Part shown: one piece after another, positions 36,753 through 49,500 of the stretch
Layout of the letters: every line of letters starts with the position of its first letter
Numbering within the stretch: the stretch's first letter is position 1
Assembly: GCA_002104905.1 (NCBI GenBank)
Contig: MCFE01000424.1
Location: 1-64,000 of the forward strand
Reading direction: 5' to 3'
Source: Basidiobolus meristosporus CBS 931.73
Taxonomy: Eukaryota > Fungi > Basidiobolomycota
Length of the DNA stretch: 64,000 nucleotides
Made by a program: the position numbers and the translations under genes
The notes under the pieces: model-generated
Database searches by the model: none
What the model was told of the DNA's origin: nothing
What the model saw: the letters and a program-made list of their open reading frames with translations, nothing else

Positions 36753-37307
36753 TCAAGTCCAGTTTGCGCTGGCTGATTTGAGATTTATTAAACCACCGCT
36801 AATACGCCTGGCTGCTTTCCACCAGGAGTTTTGGGGTGAAGGGACCCTTTTGGAAACCATCGATTCCACCTGCTCAACCAAAGCGCCTGGGGAGGCATGG
36901 AGCGTACGTTCAGTATGGGCATAGCCACCTCTGAGGTCAAAAGGGACCCATCTCACGCCATGGGTGATCAGATCAACATCTAGGCCGCTTTGCTTCGGCT
37001 CGCCTATGAACAAAGGGGGCCATTTCCTGATGCTCAGATGGGCCTAACGGAATTCTAGAATTTAATAATCAACACCAACCTGAACCGGATTCCGCTCGAG
37101 AAAACAATCCTGTTCTAAAGTCAGGGCCATGTATGTGTACGACTTGGAATCTGGAATTGTGGTCCGCTCGATTCCACACGTGCCCCTATGATTGGTAAAG
37201 AGGCGGGAAACGTAAGGAGGAATAATTCCCTCTGAATAGAAAGTACTACCAAGCTTATATCCGAAACCTGTGCTCCGTGGCTTTCTCCTTCTTGAGTTCA
37301 TTAGCAA
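36753..37307 (-). CDS. Hypothetical protein: two in-frame ORFs possibly joined by a 36-nt intron, or a pseudogene
   Basis: ORFs 37062-37307 and 36753-37013 share a frame, with a GTTGGT...GTTAG candidate intron between them. Divergent from the 37507 ORF. No domain recognised. Confidence 0.3.
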
Positions 37308-37425
37308 AGTGTAAAGTAATCAAACTTGGGATGGCGAGATTTTTTTCCCTCGACCAGTTGAGACCAGCCTTTTTCGGGGGATTAGGTTTGTAGATAGACA
37401 CTGATCAACAAACATCCCCGATGCT

Positions 37426-37432
37426 TATAAAA
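37426..37432 (+). promoter_or_regulatory. Candidate TATA box (TATAAAA) upstream of ORF 37507
   Basis: About 80 bp upstream of the ATG. Confidence 0.35.
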
Positions 37433-37506
37433 AGCGCGCCCTCCCCCGCCCTTATGCATTCATTAGTCCATTCCCCTCCAATACCTGAAAAGCCACTCCA
37501 CCAGTT

Positions 37507-38172
37507 ATGCTCAACACCCAAATAATCAACCAAATATCGAGAATGTCGCGCGACCAACTGGAGCTTGCTCTCCTCAAGGCCAGCTCGCGCCACGATGACG
37601 TCTACAACCAGATAGTCTTCACCTCACAGTCCCTTGATAAGGCCCAGCAGACCTCGAAGAGCTTCGACCAAGTAGTTTACTGGTACGAGAAGCTCGAATC
37701 CAACTCACTGACCATGAACCAGAGGTTCTATCTCTTGAGCGCGATCACCTCCTCGCTGGCCGAACATATCACCCGGTTCAGACTGAATGACCCCACAAGC
37801 TACTTCCAGGTCTGGTCCGAGAAGGGGATCTACCAAATGAAGCGCTCGAAGTTTACCAGCAAGGTGGGCGAGCGCTGGAAGAGCCTTTTCCTAGACTTCG
37901 GCAAAGGAGTTAGCCAGGAGCTGGGCTACCAGAAGTCGGATTGGCGCAAGTTCAAGAAACTGGTCGACCACTGGGAGGCCATCTTCCGTGCTGAAGACTT
38001 GACCTTGGGGCACGCGTATGAGATCAAATTGCTCGTTGAACGGGAGATCAGTGGCTACCACTCGTACTACTTTTCTAAGGATCTGGTGAACGACTCCTCC
38101 TCAGAGTCGATATCGGCCTACTCAGCCGAATCCGAGGCTGTGTCCGATCTGTCGTGTCAGACGCTCATATAA
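37507..38172 (+). CDS. Intronless hypothetical protein, 221 aa, predicted helical with an acidic Ser-rich tail
   Basis: Long open frame with strongly C/G-ending codons and a TATA-like motif upstream. No family recognised. Confidence 0.75.
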   Translation: MLNTQIINQISRMSRDQLELALLKASSRHDDVYNQIVFTSQSLDKAQQTSKSFDQVVYWYEKLESNSLTMNQRFYLLSAITSSLAEHITRFRLNDPTSYFQVWSEKGIYQMKRSKFTSKVGERWKSLFLDFGKGVSQELGYQKSDWRKFKKLVDHWEAIFRAEDLTLGHAYEIKLLVEREISGYHSYYFSKDLVNDSSSESISAYSAESEAVSDLSCQTLI

Positions 38173-39393
38173 GGCGGACCAGCCTGCCCAGTATGCCCAT
38201 CCCTCACCACCATTCTTATTAATTTGGAGAAACTCCTTAGCTGACTCGCATATAGAACATTTTTGTCGATGTATTTATTCCAACCCCTAAGATTTAGCAT
38301 ATTCCTATCGCCTTCTAAACTTGCTATAAACATGATGTTTACACTACGCTATGGTGCGATTGCCAACTCGGAACCTTCGTCTTCAGGTGGGTAGGGTGTG
38401 CTGGATTCGATGTAGTCCTCAAGTACCAATCGGATGATCGCCTCTATCTTGGTTTGGCATGGGTTGGAATCCGCCTTCGATCGGACTCGGAATGGCTTGA
38501 AGCGACGATAAGCTTTTATCGCATCGTGTCACCATCAGTCTATCTTAAAAGATGTCTTTGTTTTTGGAATGCAAGATCACTGGTGACGATAGGTTGGCTA
38601 TTCACAGATCCAGGGATTAGAGGTGGGCTAATGATCACCGAATTGGGAGGATGATTTTCCGACCGACCGCAGATCCACACAAATCAACAGTGGCCAAGGT
38701 GGTTTGAGCAGTGCATTCGGTCCCCTTTATCCTCTCTGCGCCGTGGAGCTTTCGTAGGGACTTTTCAGCTGGGGTGTCGTGTCTGCTTCCATCGAATAAT
38801 GCGATATTGGCAGCACGGTGGTTGTTTATGGCCAATGTGGGTACTGCTCGAGTGTCCATTACACAGCTGACGCCACCTTGGAGCCAAGTAACGAATCAGA
38901 AAAATACAGTGGCAATACAGGCTAGGCATTATCGGAACCCGAGGGCGGGAATAGGATCGTTCTGGCCTAGTGTACTTGCTTCACGAACCCAGGTGATCCG
39001 TGGTCACGCTCGTCGAAAATCCCTGTCGTTTTCCATGCCCATCTCTTCCCAAAGGTTGATGAGCCACCACACTGTCTCGAGGCTACCCCACAACAGACAG
39101 CCCCTGGTGCGCGGCCATATTCCAGGTGTTCCCCACTGGGCAATTCATACCGCTGTGGCAAACTGGAACTGAACTCCGGCACCATTGCCTGAACAGTTCG
39201 CTGAAAAATCACTCAAGGGTAGGATCACTCAGCCAAATGAAAGAACCCCATTGGTGGATAATTGAAAGTCCTGGAGAAATATATTTATAGGGTCGAATGA
39301 ATGGGTGTCTATTAATTAATGTCTATACTATGATGGGGTTTGGAAGCACGACTTGATGCGATAATTAAGCAACCACCAGTAGATGTCAGGAAG

Positions 39394-41481
39394 CTAATAA
39401 TAACTGCCAACTACACAATGGCGCGGGAAATACCCTTTAACGTTAGGGTTTCTGGTCCGATTGTAGCCTATGAACCACTGATCGCTAACTTCCTCGGTGA
39501 TGATCAGCTCATCGTCCGGTTGCACCAATAATTCATTTGGTCTCTCGGGCATGTATGGCTCGATGGCGGTCATGATGAACAGCGGCTGCTCTGAGTTGGG
39601 ATTTATCTCCTTTCGGAGGTACAGAGCCGGATTCAGGTTCGGCTGAGGGCGGTTAACATCGTTTCCATTCAAACCTACTATCAGCGTTTCTAAATAGGTG
39701 GAATATCAGTATCAGATCAATGCTATAAATGTCCACGGCAATTACCTTCCAGGTCGTCCTCCCTGATCCCGGTTCCAGTGCTTGAGGAAGTGACTGTGCT
39801 TCTTATGGTATTGTTTCTATCTAGATTGGTGTTGTTCATCAATTTGGTATCTTGACGGGCTGGTATCTGTGATGTGGCAAGCCTATCAAGCTCCGGGTTC
39901 CTCTGGGGACAAATCGGTGATGCCGTAAATTCCCCAGGGGCAGGCTTTGGAGCAGGCGGCGGCATGGATGTTGGCATCTCCTGGGAAGACAAGGCTCTGC
40001 CAACTCCTTGCGTCAATTCTGTAGGCTGAGGAAGAGCCTGCCTTTCCTGTCCCAGTGGTGGGGTATCTGGTCTACTTCTGGAGTGCTCCAGGGAGTAACG
40101 AATATATTGATGCTCCAAAGCATTCGTGGGGCTAACAATGGCATCTGTGCTACCAAAGCTGGGATGCGAGCTCACTCGAGAAGTGGCGGCCGATCTCTGA
40201 ATAGAGTCGACTTGGGACTCGGTGGGAGAGGGGGATCGGTAGAAAGATTCACTATATCTGTGCAGAACCGGAGTTACTGCCTCGGCATTAGCAGCACGCT
40301 CAATATCAAAACTAGGATCATTCCGTTGCGCGGTTGGGGTGATTGCCATGGCATTCATGCGGGAGCCACCACGATACCCAGGGGTGGGTGCTGTCGACAT
40401 AGCAGTACTATCAGCTCCGAAATCAACGGTGGTGAATTGCTTTCTCTTCCTAGAGTATTGATACCAAATCAGCCCGGCTATTACAGCAAGACCAGCCGAA
40501 CCTCCCACAACACCGCCAACAATGGCGCCAGTATGATTACTATGCGATTTTTCAGTAGATGGCCCTGAGCGTGCCATTGGGACGGTTAATGGGCTTGGAC
40601 TTGAACCTGCACTTTCCGAAATGGAGGAATCACCTTTGCTGGAGCTGATGGCGCCATTAGTGGGCAAGGAGTGGGCAACATCATGTGTAGGTGTGTGCAC
40701 ATTGTTGGCAGAGCTCTCAGCCTTCGAGACACCGCTTGGTTTGACGGCAGATGCCAAAGATTTGGTTGGCTCTACAGGTTTATGAGACTCCTTAGGATGT
40801 GCTTCAGTAGGCTTGTGGTCTTCGGTTGACGTCTTGGATTCATGCGTGACTTCATGTGTTTCAGATGGCTTGGGAGTATGGTGCACTTCAGTGTGTTTAC
40901 TGGGCGAGTCGGTAGGTTTATGTGGCTCAGTTGGCTTAAGGCTTTCGCTGGGCTTATGGGTTGGTTCAGTCTCTTTCTCAGGCTTCTCTGCAGGCTTATG
41001 CGCCTCGGTTACTTTGGCTGGAGGCGTTGAAGGCTTTTCTGGTTCCGTGTGGTGTTGAGTTGACTTTGGTGGTTGAGCTTCTGCTTTGTGAGATTCGCCA
41101 GATTTGTCGTCTGTTGGCGACTTCTTGGAGTCATCGTGGACATCTTTATCTGGAGTAGCATCGTGATGTGCTGGATTTTTTTGGGAGAAGATATATTAAC
41201 GATGCAATGCAGATGAGGTTCCACAAAATCACAATATACCTTCAGGGGGATCAGAATCGTGTTTGCTATCCTGCGGTGGGGGAGTCTGTGCTGACAGCTC
41301 AAATCCTGAATGTGTTGTTAAGTTTGGTCAATCGACATAGGAAAGAAGACAGTTATTTCCGACCTTGCTGGCACTGGGCACCCTCGCAACGGCTCAAATC
41401 GAGTACTGGGTTGGCTGAACTCTGTATGGCTGAACATGAGATGGCGGTTAGCGCCAAAAGCACTGTTGTCTTTATTTGCAT
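39394..41481 (-). CDS. Type I membrane protein: signal peptide, His/Pro/Thr/Glu/Lys-rich ectodomain, TM, C-terminal SH3 (Fus1/SKG6-like architecture)
   Basis: Start MQIKTTVLLALTAISCSAIQSSA at 41481. TM GAIVGGVVGGSAGLAVIAGLIWY then RKRK. Intron 39691-39745. SH3 YMPERPNELLVQPDDELII...DQWFIGYN...GYFPRHCV. Confidence 0.85.
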
Positions 41482-44400
41482 CCCTTTCGCTTTTTAAACT
41501 ATATATGAAGGCGGAGGAACAACGTGGCAACGTGATATGAACACGCTTCAAACAGATTTGGACGGGTCTTCGGGTTTGGGGATGTACGACGGATGAAGGC
41601 AGCGATGCGATGTCGCAGGCCTTTGATTACAATTACAGAGTATTCGGTACAAGTGCTCGATCACTTTTTGCTCAAGGCCAAGGCCAGAATGCAGTATCTT
41701 AAATATGAATCCGGCCCTGCATTGCGATCGGATAAAGATCCTATCAGATGACCAAGTTTAGGTAAAAAAGCTGTAAGAATATTTTAAGAAGTAAAGTCCA
41801 AGCCACTTGGGATCTCCAAGTTCCAAATCTGATTCTATAATGGTTCTGTCCGTTGACCAAAATGGAACTCAAGCTAAAAATAAAGAGTGGTGCTAACTAT
41901 TAAGCGTGAAACAAACTCCAAAGCTTGTCAAGGAGTCAGGTGAACGCGATCGAATACTTCGCGCTGCTCAACTTTATTTGAAGAGTGCTCTGGATTGGGA
42001 GGAGAAGTACGCAGCCACGCTTCACTCTTTGTGCCACCAATCATTGCCGGTAACCAATAAGTTCAATCGATTTTCTTACGCATCTACAAGCATGATGACA
42101 AAGTGTGTTGAATGCGCCTGGCCTAGTGTCAGCAAACCACGGGCTCAGGTCAGTTCAACTAGCCATTCACTTAAATCACAGAATGGCCATGTGGAAAATA
42201 GGAAGGCTTGTTTCGAAAGTTCTCATATATTTAACATGTAGTTGAATAGAAATGATTTACTACGGTATAAAAATTTCGACCATTTTGGATATTTTCTATA
42301 TTTGAGAGATAAGAAATGGAATATCGAAAAAATGTACGCGTCGATGCAACTAGACTCTCAAGTGAAAATCCAATCTGTCGATGGCCCACCAACAGCTAAA
42401 GTCCATTGGCGGAGTAGATATCCTTTGAAAAAGGAATTCCGTGTTCCAATGCTAAAACGGGTCCGCTCGTTGCTGAAGTTTGGTTCGCATAAAGGTTGCC
42501 CGAGTTTAAAATAGCTTACTACTTTACCCTTCGAGGAAAGTTGTTTCTATTGTGATGCTCCCAGTGCTGTGTTCCAGATGTTGTAAATGGTATCATTGTA
42601 CATGTGAGTATCGCTATGTAGATTAGCTAGTAATTCTTCAGCACTTTATTTGCAGCGTCAAGATCAATCACTAGTATTATCAGCGAGCAGCTATTATGCA
42701 TAGCCACGTGGAGCAAATAAGCACAACTGTAGTGTTTAGTTATTGGAAAGAAGAAAGCAGATTAAGCACGGTAACAACCAACTGCTAGCTGTGATCAATG
42801 GAGGACTTGCTGAGTAATTTCTACGATATTCCACACTGCTTTTAGCGTTTTTGCGTTCTGCGTATTTGAAAGCCGACGTGTTGATCTTTTTGATTCTTTT
42901 TCCATGCCAAATAATATTTCCGAGGTATGACGCCATTCATACCCAACGTGACCGTCAGTACTCAGGTACCAAGAAAATCGTAGAGCCATAGAACAGATAT
43001 CTAGAACTATGAAACTCCACGATTCTTTCAAACCAACCAACCATGGGTGAGATATGCCTAATTGGATCAGAGAATTGATTTATGCCGACTTTCATCTGTT
43101 TTAGGTTGGAAGGGATCTCATTGGAGCTGGGGCTCAAAAGCCCATATTTTCTTGGTTTCCGATTGAGAACACGATATTATCCCTATGCTGTAATTTCACC
43201 CACAGATTCGCGGCATGGCAGCAGTCTATGCTTCCACGAAACGGTTGTACAAGTGCAGCAAATACAATATTATCTATGGATCTGACCCGTATGAATTTGA
43301 GATTAGCCCTATAATCAACTGAGTTTTGAATGCCATAACCGATCTGTTGTACATCATCGAATGTGCTACATTTAATATTCTTGTTCTCCACAGTACTCCC
43401 ATGCCACTAGTGATCCATCCGCTTAGGAGCTAATCTCATCTCACCGTGTATCTGATACGTTCGTGCTGGCATTTTGTGCTCGTGATAATGATCACATGGG
43501 TTCGACGGGCGAATTTTGCTTTGGGTGTCTGACCGAGTGTCCACTTGGTATTTTCAAGTGATCAGTGACTAAATAAAGCATACCACACATATCAAGTCGA
43601 GAGACAAGGCAAACCAAACTATATGGCGCTGGGGAGGTTGCCGCTATGAGGTGTATAGTCGCTGCTGAGATACCCACATCAAAGATTGGGTGGTCGAAAG
43701 CCATCCTTCTCATAAGTGCGTGCTTTAAATGTGGCTGATCCAGGAAATTCATTTGGGTTCAACTCCTTTATTTTTCACTACCATATCGAATCAACACAGG
43801 ATATCACTTCAGGTGCGATTGCTCTTTTCCATACTGGCTAGTTATTGATCAAGGTGAACAGGCAGCGGAGGTTACTCCAACTCAGATCGATAAGATGGCT
43901 TAAACGTGGGCTTGTAATCGAGCAGTCTGCTTGGACTTGGAGTATTGGATCCGTGATTGCTCCAACATGGAACGCATCGTTCCAAATCCAGTGATGGACG
44001 AATGCTTACGAACTTTTGAGTGAGCAGAGGGAGTGGAGTTCGCCATGAACTTTTTGATAATTTCTCTCTTGCGGAGTTGACTTGCCTGAAGTTTCTGCGA
44101 GTATTCATTAAGGTGTAGGTTTTGAATGATTCTGGTGGGGTTGGTCATGATATTATTGTTGGCTAGTTACAAAGAAAGCTGGATGAATCGATATTTCCAG
44201 TCGGCTTGGTGTTGTAGAATTGGAGAAGCGAGAGTGGTTTGTGTGCGGTATTCTTTAGTCCGCTGCCATATTTATAGATGGGTGTCGCTGTGTATGCGGG
44301 CGCTGGGTCATGTGGCTGATACCAGATGATCTCTGTATCGCAATTCAGCAATCAAACGAACAATGCTCGGTAAGAAACGTAGCCATCCAGAGGCGTTCTT

Positions 44401-45032
44401 ATGAATTTTCATTTCGTTGTGGGTTTATTCCTATCTACCAAGCTCTGTATCCGATACGCAGGAGTAGAGTGAGCTGAATGAATGTGGGAATGTGCGCCAC
44501 TGTGTTGATGGTGGTTTTATCTAGGCAAGCAAGTCATAGGATTACACACAAATAGGTGCATGTGATATCGACAAATGCCTAGCATCCCCTATTCCGCGCT
44601 AATTCGCCAAGCACTATTCCCACCATTCATTAGCCACTCGGTGCATAGCGACCCCTAGCAATTCCGTCTCGAGGCCACCCATGCACCTCGATAGTTGCAT
44701 AAATAAAGCTGGTTGCTATTCATTTGGTTTATCTATGGAGTGGTGGATCTAGCGGTTGTGACTAGGGATCCTTGAACCGAGATCATATCCACACAAGTCT
44801 GAGCTCAGTGTCCGGATAAAATGTATAGCATCCGGAGAACAGTCCAATAGTGGAACCAGAAATGACCGAACCAGGTCCTCAACCAACCATTGTTCTTCAC
44901 AGCATTCGTCTATTCCGGATGAAGTGAATATGTAAGCAGAAAAAAATAAAGGTGTATTGCATTTATACTTTTCTTAGGTTTCGACCGCTTTATTTGTCTA
45001 CTTGAGACTCACCTTCTTACCGTCTAGTAGGA

Positions 45033-45455
45033 GTGTCATCACCGATACCCATCAAATTCACCATGGCCAAGCGTCGAAATACAACCGGGAAGAGGAAGAG
45101 AGTTAGTACGATTCAAACCGCCAATAGCAGAAAAACGACCAAAACAAAGCCCGACTCCTGTGGCAAAGAGCCTCGAGAGCACCGTCGTAAGGGGATTCCT
45201 ACCCGTTCGCCCTCGAAGGACGATCCTCGTAGGGGTATTATCTTCTCTTTCGTAACTTTACCAAACCTGGATACAACCGTACATATCATTCGTAGACCCT
45301 CGGACTTCGATGCGGTAGAATCACCCTCTTCCACTAGCGCCCCTCCGAGTCAACGTAGTGGGCTTGTAAATAAGGTACCGCTCAAGGAACTTCCAGAAAC
45401 TCCAAACATCACTTCCGCAAAGCGAGATGTTTCACTCCCTCAAGTTGTATATTGA
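45033..45455 (+). CDS. Hypothetical basic, low-complexity protein (possible ATG at about 45063)
   Basis: Open frame with a K/R-rich NLS-like N-terminus (MAKRRNTTGKRKR). No domain recognised. Confidence 0.3.
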   Translation: MSSPIPIKFTMAKRRNTTGKRKRVSTIQTANSRKTTKTKPDSCGKEPREHRRKGIPTRSPSKDDPRRGIIFSFVTLPNLDTTVHIIRRPSDFDAVESPSSTSAPPSQRSGLVNKVPLKELPETPNITSAKRDVSLPQVVY

Positions 45456-46526
45456 GTGCTATCGAGTTTCCGGGGGGTTTAGACGGACCTCCAGCATGTT
45501 TAAAATTACCGCTATTGGTTCTATCCTGCTTGTCCTGCGAAAAGCATTCGGGTGAACCAAGGCCAAAATGCTCCACGCTCCATGAATAGAATATTGGTTG
45601 TTTTTGTAGTTTTGATTTCACAAGGGCTTATTTTTCTGGAAAGGAGTTCTCTTTAGTTTACTCCTTTCAACAAGTTCTCTTTAGACAGTTTGCCTGTAAG
45701 CTTTTACCAAGTAAATTTATTTTGGTGTCTAGCATGTGCAATCAGAACGTGATACTGTTGACATAGGGGATTATTAGGGTTTAGTGAGTAGATATTTGAT
45801 GATTGGGGGGAGTTCCCAGGGCTTCGAGTACAGTGTATGTTGATTTGGAAACAAAGAGCGACTCTGTTTCTTACCCCCGAAGGAGCGTTGTGTGCTTGAC
45901 TTTGGGAACGAGAACCTCTAGGGTTTTCGACATTCTAAAATGAAGCTTGACCTCAAAATAACCCAAGGCAGTATTAAGTATATTCATTAGCTGATTGGTG
46001 GCTTTCGAGTTGTCGAAAACACCGATCGAAATCGGCTGTTTATCTATCCTGCACAATCATCGTCAAGTAAGGTAACGGCCTTATTTGTGGTGGACGATGG
46101 AGCCTTGTGGGCAAGCAAAGTAACTTGTCCCAGCCAGTGCAATGGACTTGAGTGATTATGAGAACAGTAAGCAAAAGTTCTTCTGTGCTTCAGACTTGCA
46201 CTGCCATCTAGTCCTGAATTTCGACATTATTGGAAGGGACAACTTCTACCAATCAAGGTATTTGGAGTGTTGGAGTCTACGTCAAATGATGAGTGGTGCT
46301 ATTTGGTACCCTCTTGACAAATCTCCTTACTGGGAATTTGGGCGTATTTACAATCATCAAATTCACCTCGAGTTGATTACAACTTCCACGAATGTTATGG
46401 AGAATACGAGAATCCATTGTGCTGAATTTAACTACGAAAATAACCAGCTACTGAGGCGATGCATTGTATGGTGATTTATCCAGAGTCATACGTCAGAAGG
46501 CTAAGCTTGATCAATTCTAGAGTGCG

Positions 46527-49500
46527 ATGCTTTCTGGTGGCAAGATACTTGGTGCCTGTGAGATGCTTCAACTGACGACTGTTCCTGTGAAGATGGCCAT
46601 CCAATTACCACTCGAAAAATGCATACAATTACCATTGTTTCAACTGCTTCATGTGGATGATATGGAGCCAAGTGCACCGTTTCCTATCATAAGCCTCTAC
46701 TCCAAGCCAAAGAACGGTTTGCCAGCTGGGTGTGTGGGTACTTGGGTGTAGAGCCACTTGCTCCTCTAATTTATTTATGCAAACTCCATCGATTTGATTC
46801 TAATCAGTGTTTTAGTGACCGATTTCGCACGAAATATTTTTTTATATTCTTGATGATATTTTGATTTAATGGGAGAATACATGACTTGTATGCTTCGAAA
46901 TAACCTGTGATATCTATAGCTGTACAGCACATGGATTATACTTCAGTCAATATCTTACAAATACTAGAAGAGTTTGGGGCACAAAGGAAAGACTTGAATA
47001 GTTCAACCTTGATTTCCAAAGGTGAAGTAGATTCTTCATCACTCAAGGTATGTAAAAGTGTAGTAAATCTGCATGGTGGCTCACCATTGACCGTTTGTTT
47101 TGACCCGATTACGGCAAACTCAAAGACTGAGGGCGAACGGGCAGCCCAGCAATTTAGAGAAACAGAAGATCCTGAAGCCCGAGTCAGGCACGATTTTGTA
47201 ATTGCTTTCTTCGATTATTACAATGCCAGCTAAACTTTACAAAAATACAGACTAGTGGTTCAGGAGCTGGGACTTGTTTTACTCTGTAGCGCCTGCTTTT
47301 TGGATAGGAGCATAGAGAGCACGCAAGACGAAAGGAAAATCCATCATTTATACATCCAACATCGATTTGGTTTGTTCATAGCTCCTGATAATGTCCCCGA
47401 GCTGGAGAAGATATTGAGATTTGTATTGGAAACACCCAACCAGTGGCTGAATGTGCTGGTATGAAAAAGAGATATGTCTGTATCAATGACCCCGAGCTTA
47501 CCGACCTTGATTATAGGATATATGCAAGTCGTTCACGCTCATACAAGCCACGGAGCTGGTGTCAGTGATCGTGAAGGAGAAGTTGATTTTGAATGAGGTG
47601 TGTATCGGTAATTGACTAGCGATCTGCGAACGAGCAATATTTAACCAGTCAGCGTAGTTCGTTAAAGGACTGCTAGTGCACGAGTCATACCTGCCGGAGT
47701 TTTACAAGGAACGGATTAGGTACGATTTTATCCGTCGGCAACATACCGTTGAAATCCAACCTTGACACTTTCCCGTTTTATAGCAAATCAATCCTGACCA
47801 TATGCCAGGCAATCCCTCACCGAGCACTCGCTATAAGATACTTGCTAACCACCGCCGAACAGCTACCTGACCTAGCACTTCGGATCACGCTTGACTACTG
47901 TAACGATGAGGTAGGTCTCCATCAAGGTGTATTACCTTATTCTCCGGAACCTAGTGGCCCAGCTGATGACCCGTGTACTTCTAGATTTCTTACTTGAATG
48001 CCATCTTCAACGGCAGTACCACATGGGTGATCCATTCGCTAAACAAGATGCAGGATGTATTGCTGGGACTCCAGAAAAAGCTCTTCAGCCACTTAGAAAG
48101 CGTGACGTTATCAAACGGCAGAACATCCCAGATCGACATGTGCCTGATATTGCGTGTGATATGTGCATTTGGTGGGCTACTTGCTGTCAAGATCCCCGAA
48201 CAAGATGTGTTCAAATGTCTGGTATTGATCAAGAACGCCAAAACCCAGCGGTAAACACGCAGTATCAATTCCAAGATCCTTGAGACGTGACTAACATGTA
48301 CATTCTGTCATTTCCCCGTAGGCTGGTCAAATTGGCCTTGTGTTTTATCACAATATGCTACGAAAGCATCGTACGCTATTCGAAGGTATGGGTCCATCTC
48401 CGGTCTCATCAATAGCAGCTTCGTTCTCATGTATTCTCTTTGCCTGCCAATCACACAGAATACTCTCCTGGATACTCTTACGGAGATCACCAAGATGGAG
48501 CATTCAGATACTGCATTGCTCTATGCAATCTATTTTCGCACAAACCAATTTGACCAGATAGAGAATATTGTCAAAACGACTCTTCAAATGGAGGTTTCTG
48601 TGTGTATCTTTTTTGAAATTCCTCATTGTTGAGCGCTTGAAGCGATGAATGGCTGGACTTGATGTTGAGCTTCCTTGACTTTCCCTCAAAGCTAAACTAG
48701 GCCTTGTAGAATTGAAGGAGATCTTCGCCAAAACCCTTTTTCCAGCAGATGCTCTGGCTCGACACGCTTTAATGCTCAAGCCTGCCAGCTTTGCCGACCT
48801 GGGGGTAACCTTGCCGCGATTCATTATCCATCCAGCCATGTTATTCACATTTCTTGCACAATTTCAATCAGACCATCGCTGAGGCGGAATCTTTAGCGTT
48901 AACGTGTTTTAATCAGTTACTTAACAGCCGCGTATTTCAAACATACGGGTTTGACATTCGGAGTTGGGTGTTTCAACGAATTATGGAGGCATCGCTTCCT
49001 ATATCACCGCTTCTTGTAGAACTGATTCAAGAATACTCCTCCAGGTATTCTCTACTGTTGACACAGCCTCTTCAATCTCCATGTATCTAACCAGGGCCAT
49101 ATTGCAGCATTCTATCCACAACAACGATTTCCAAAATTCCCGAGAAAGAGCTACAAGACATATTTTCCGAAACCGGTCCTATCTCGCAAAAGCAGATCCT
49201 TCTTTTGCTATATTTATTGAGCTACAATCAGAATGTCATCAGATTCAAGAAAGAGACTGGACAAATATCCGAACGTTCGTAGTGCTACAACAGAATAGAC
49301 AACCCTCGATGTACTCTGCTGACCTCTTGCATTTTGCAGAATATTCGGATAAATTAGTGGATTCCATTCATGTCATGCGGATGCTGACATATACAGCGAA
49401 CTTTCAGGGAGGTCTCGCTTATAAGCATCTATATCCGGATTTACTGGCCTTGACTTCGTTTCACTTTCCGTATCTGTTCAATGTAACAAGCCTGCTGGTG

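Noticed and set aside
38350-39212. Actin-like (YELPSG) or other gene on the minus strand
   Set aside because: Only a short motif resemblance; frames are broken and do not extend into an actin fold.
40008-41158. Plus-strand ORFs over the SH3 membrane gene
   Set aside because: Antisense shadows of the real minus-strand gene.
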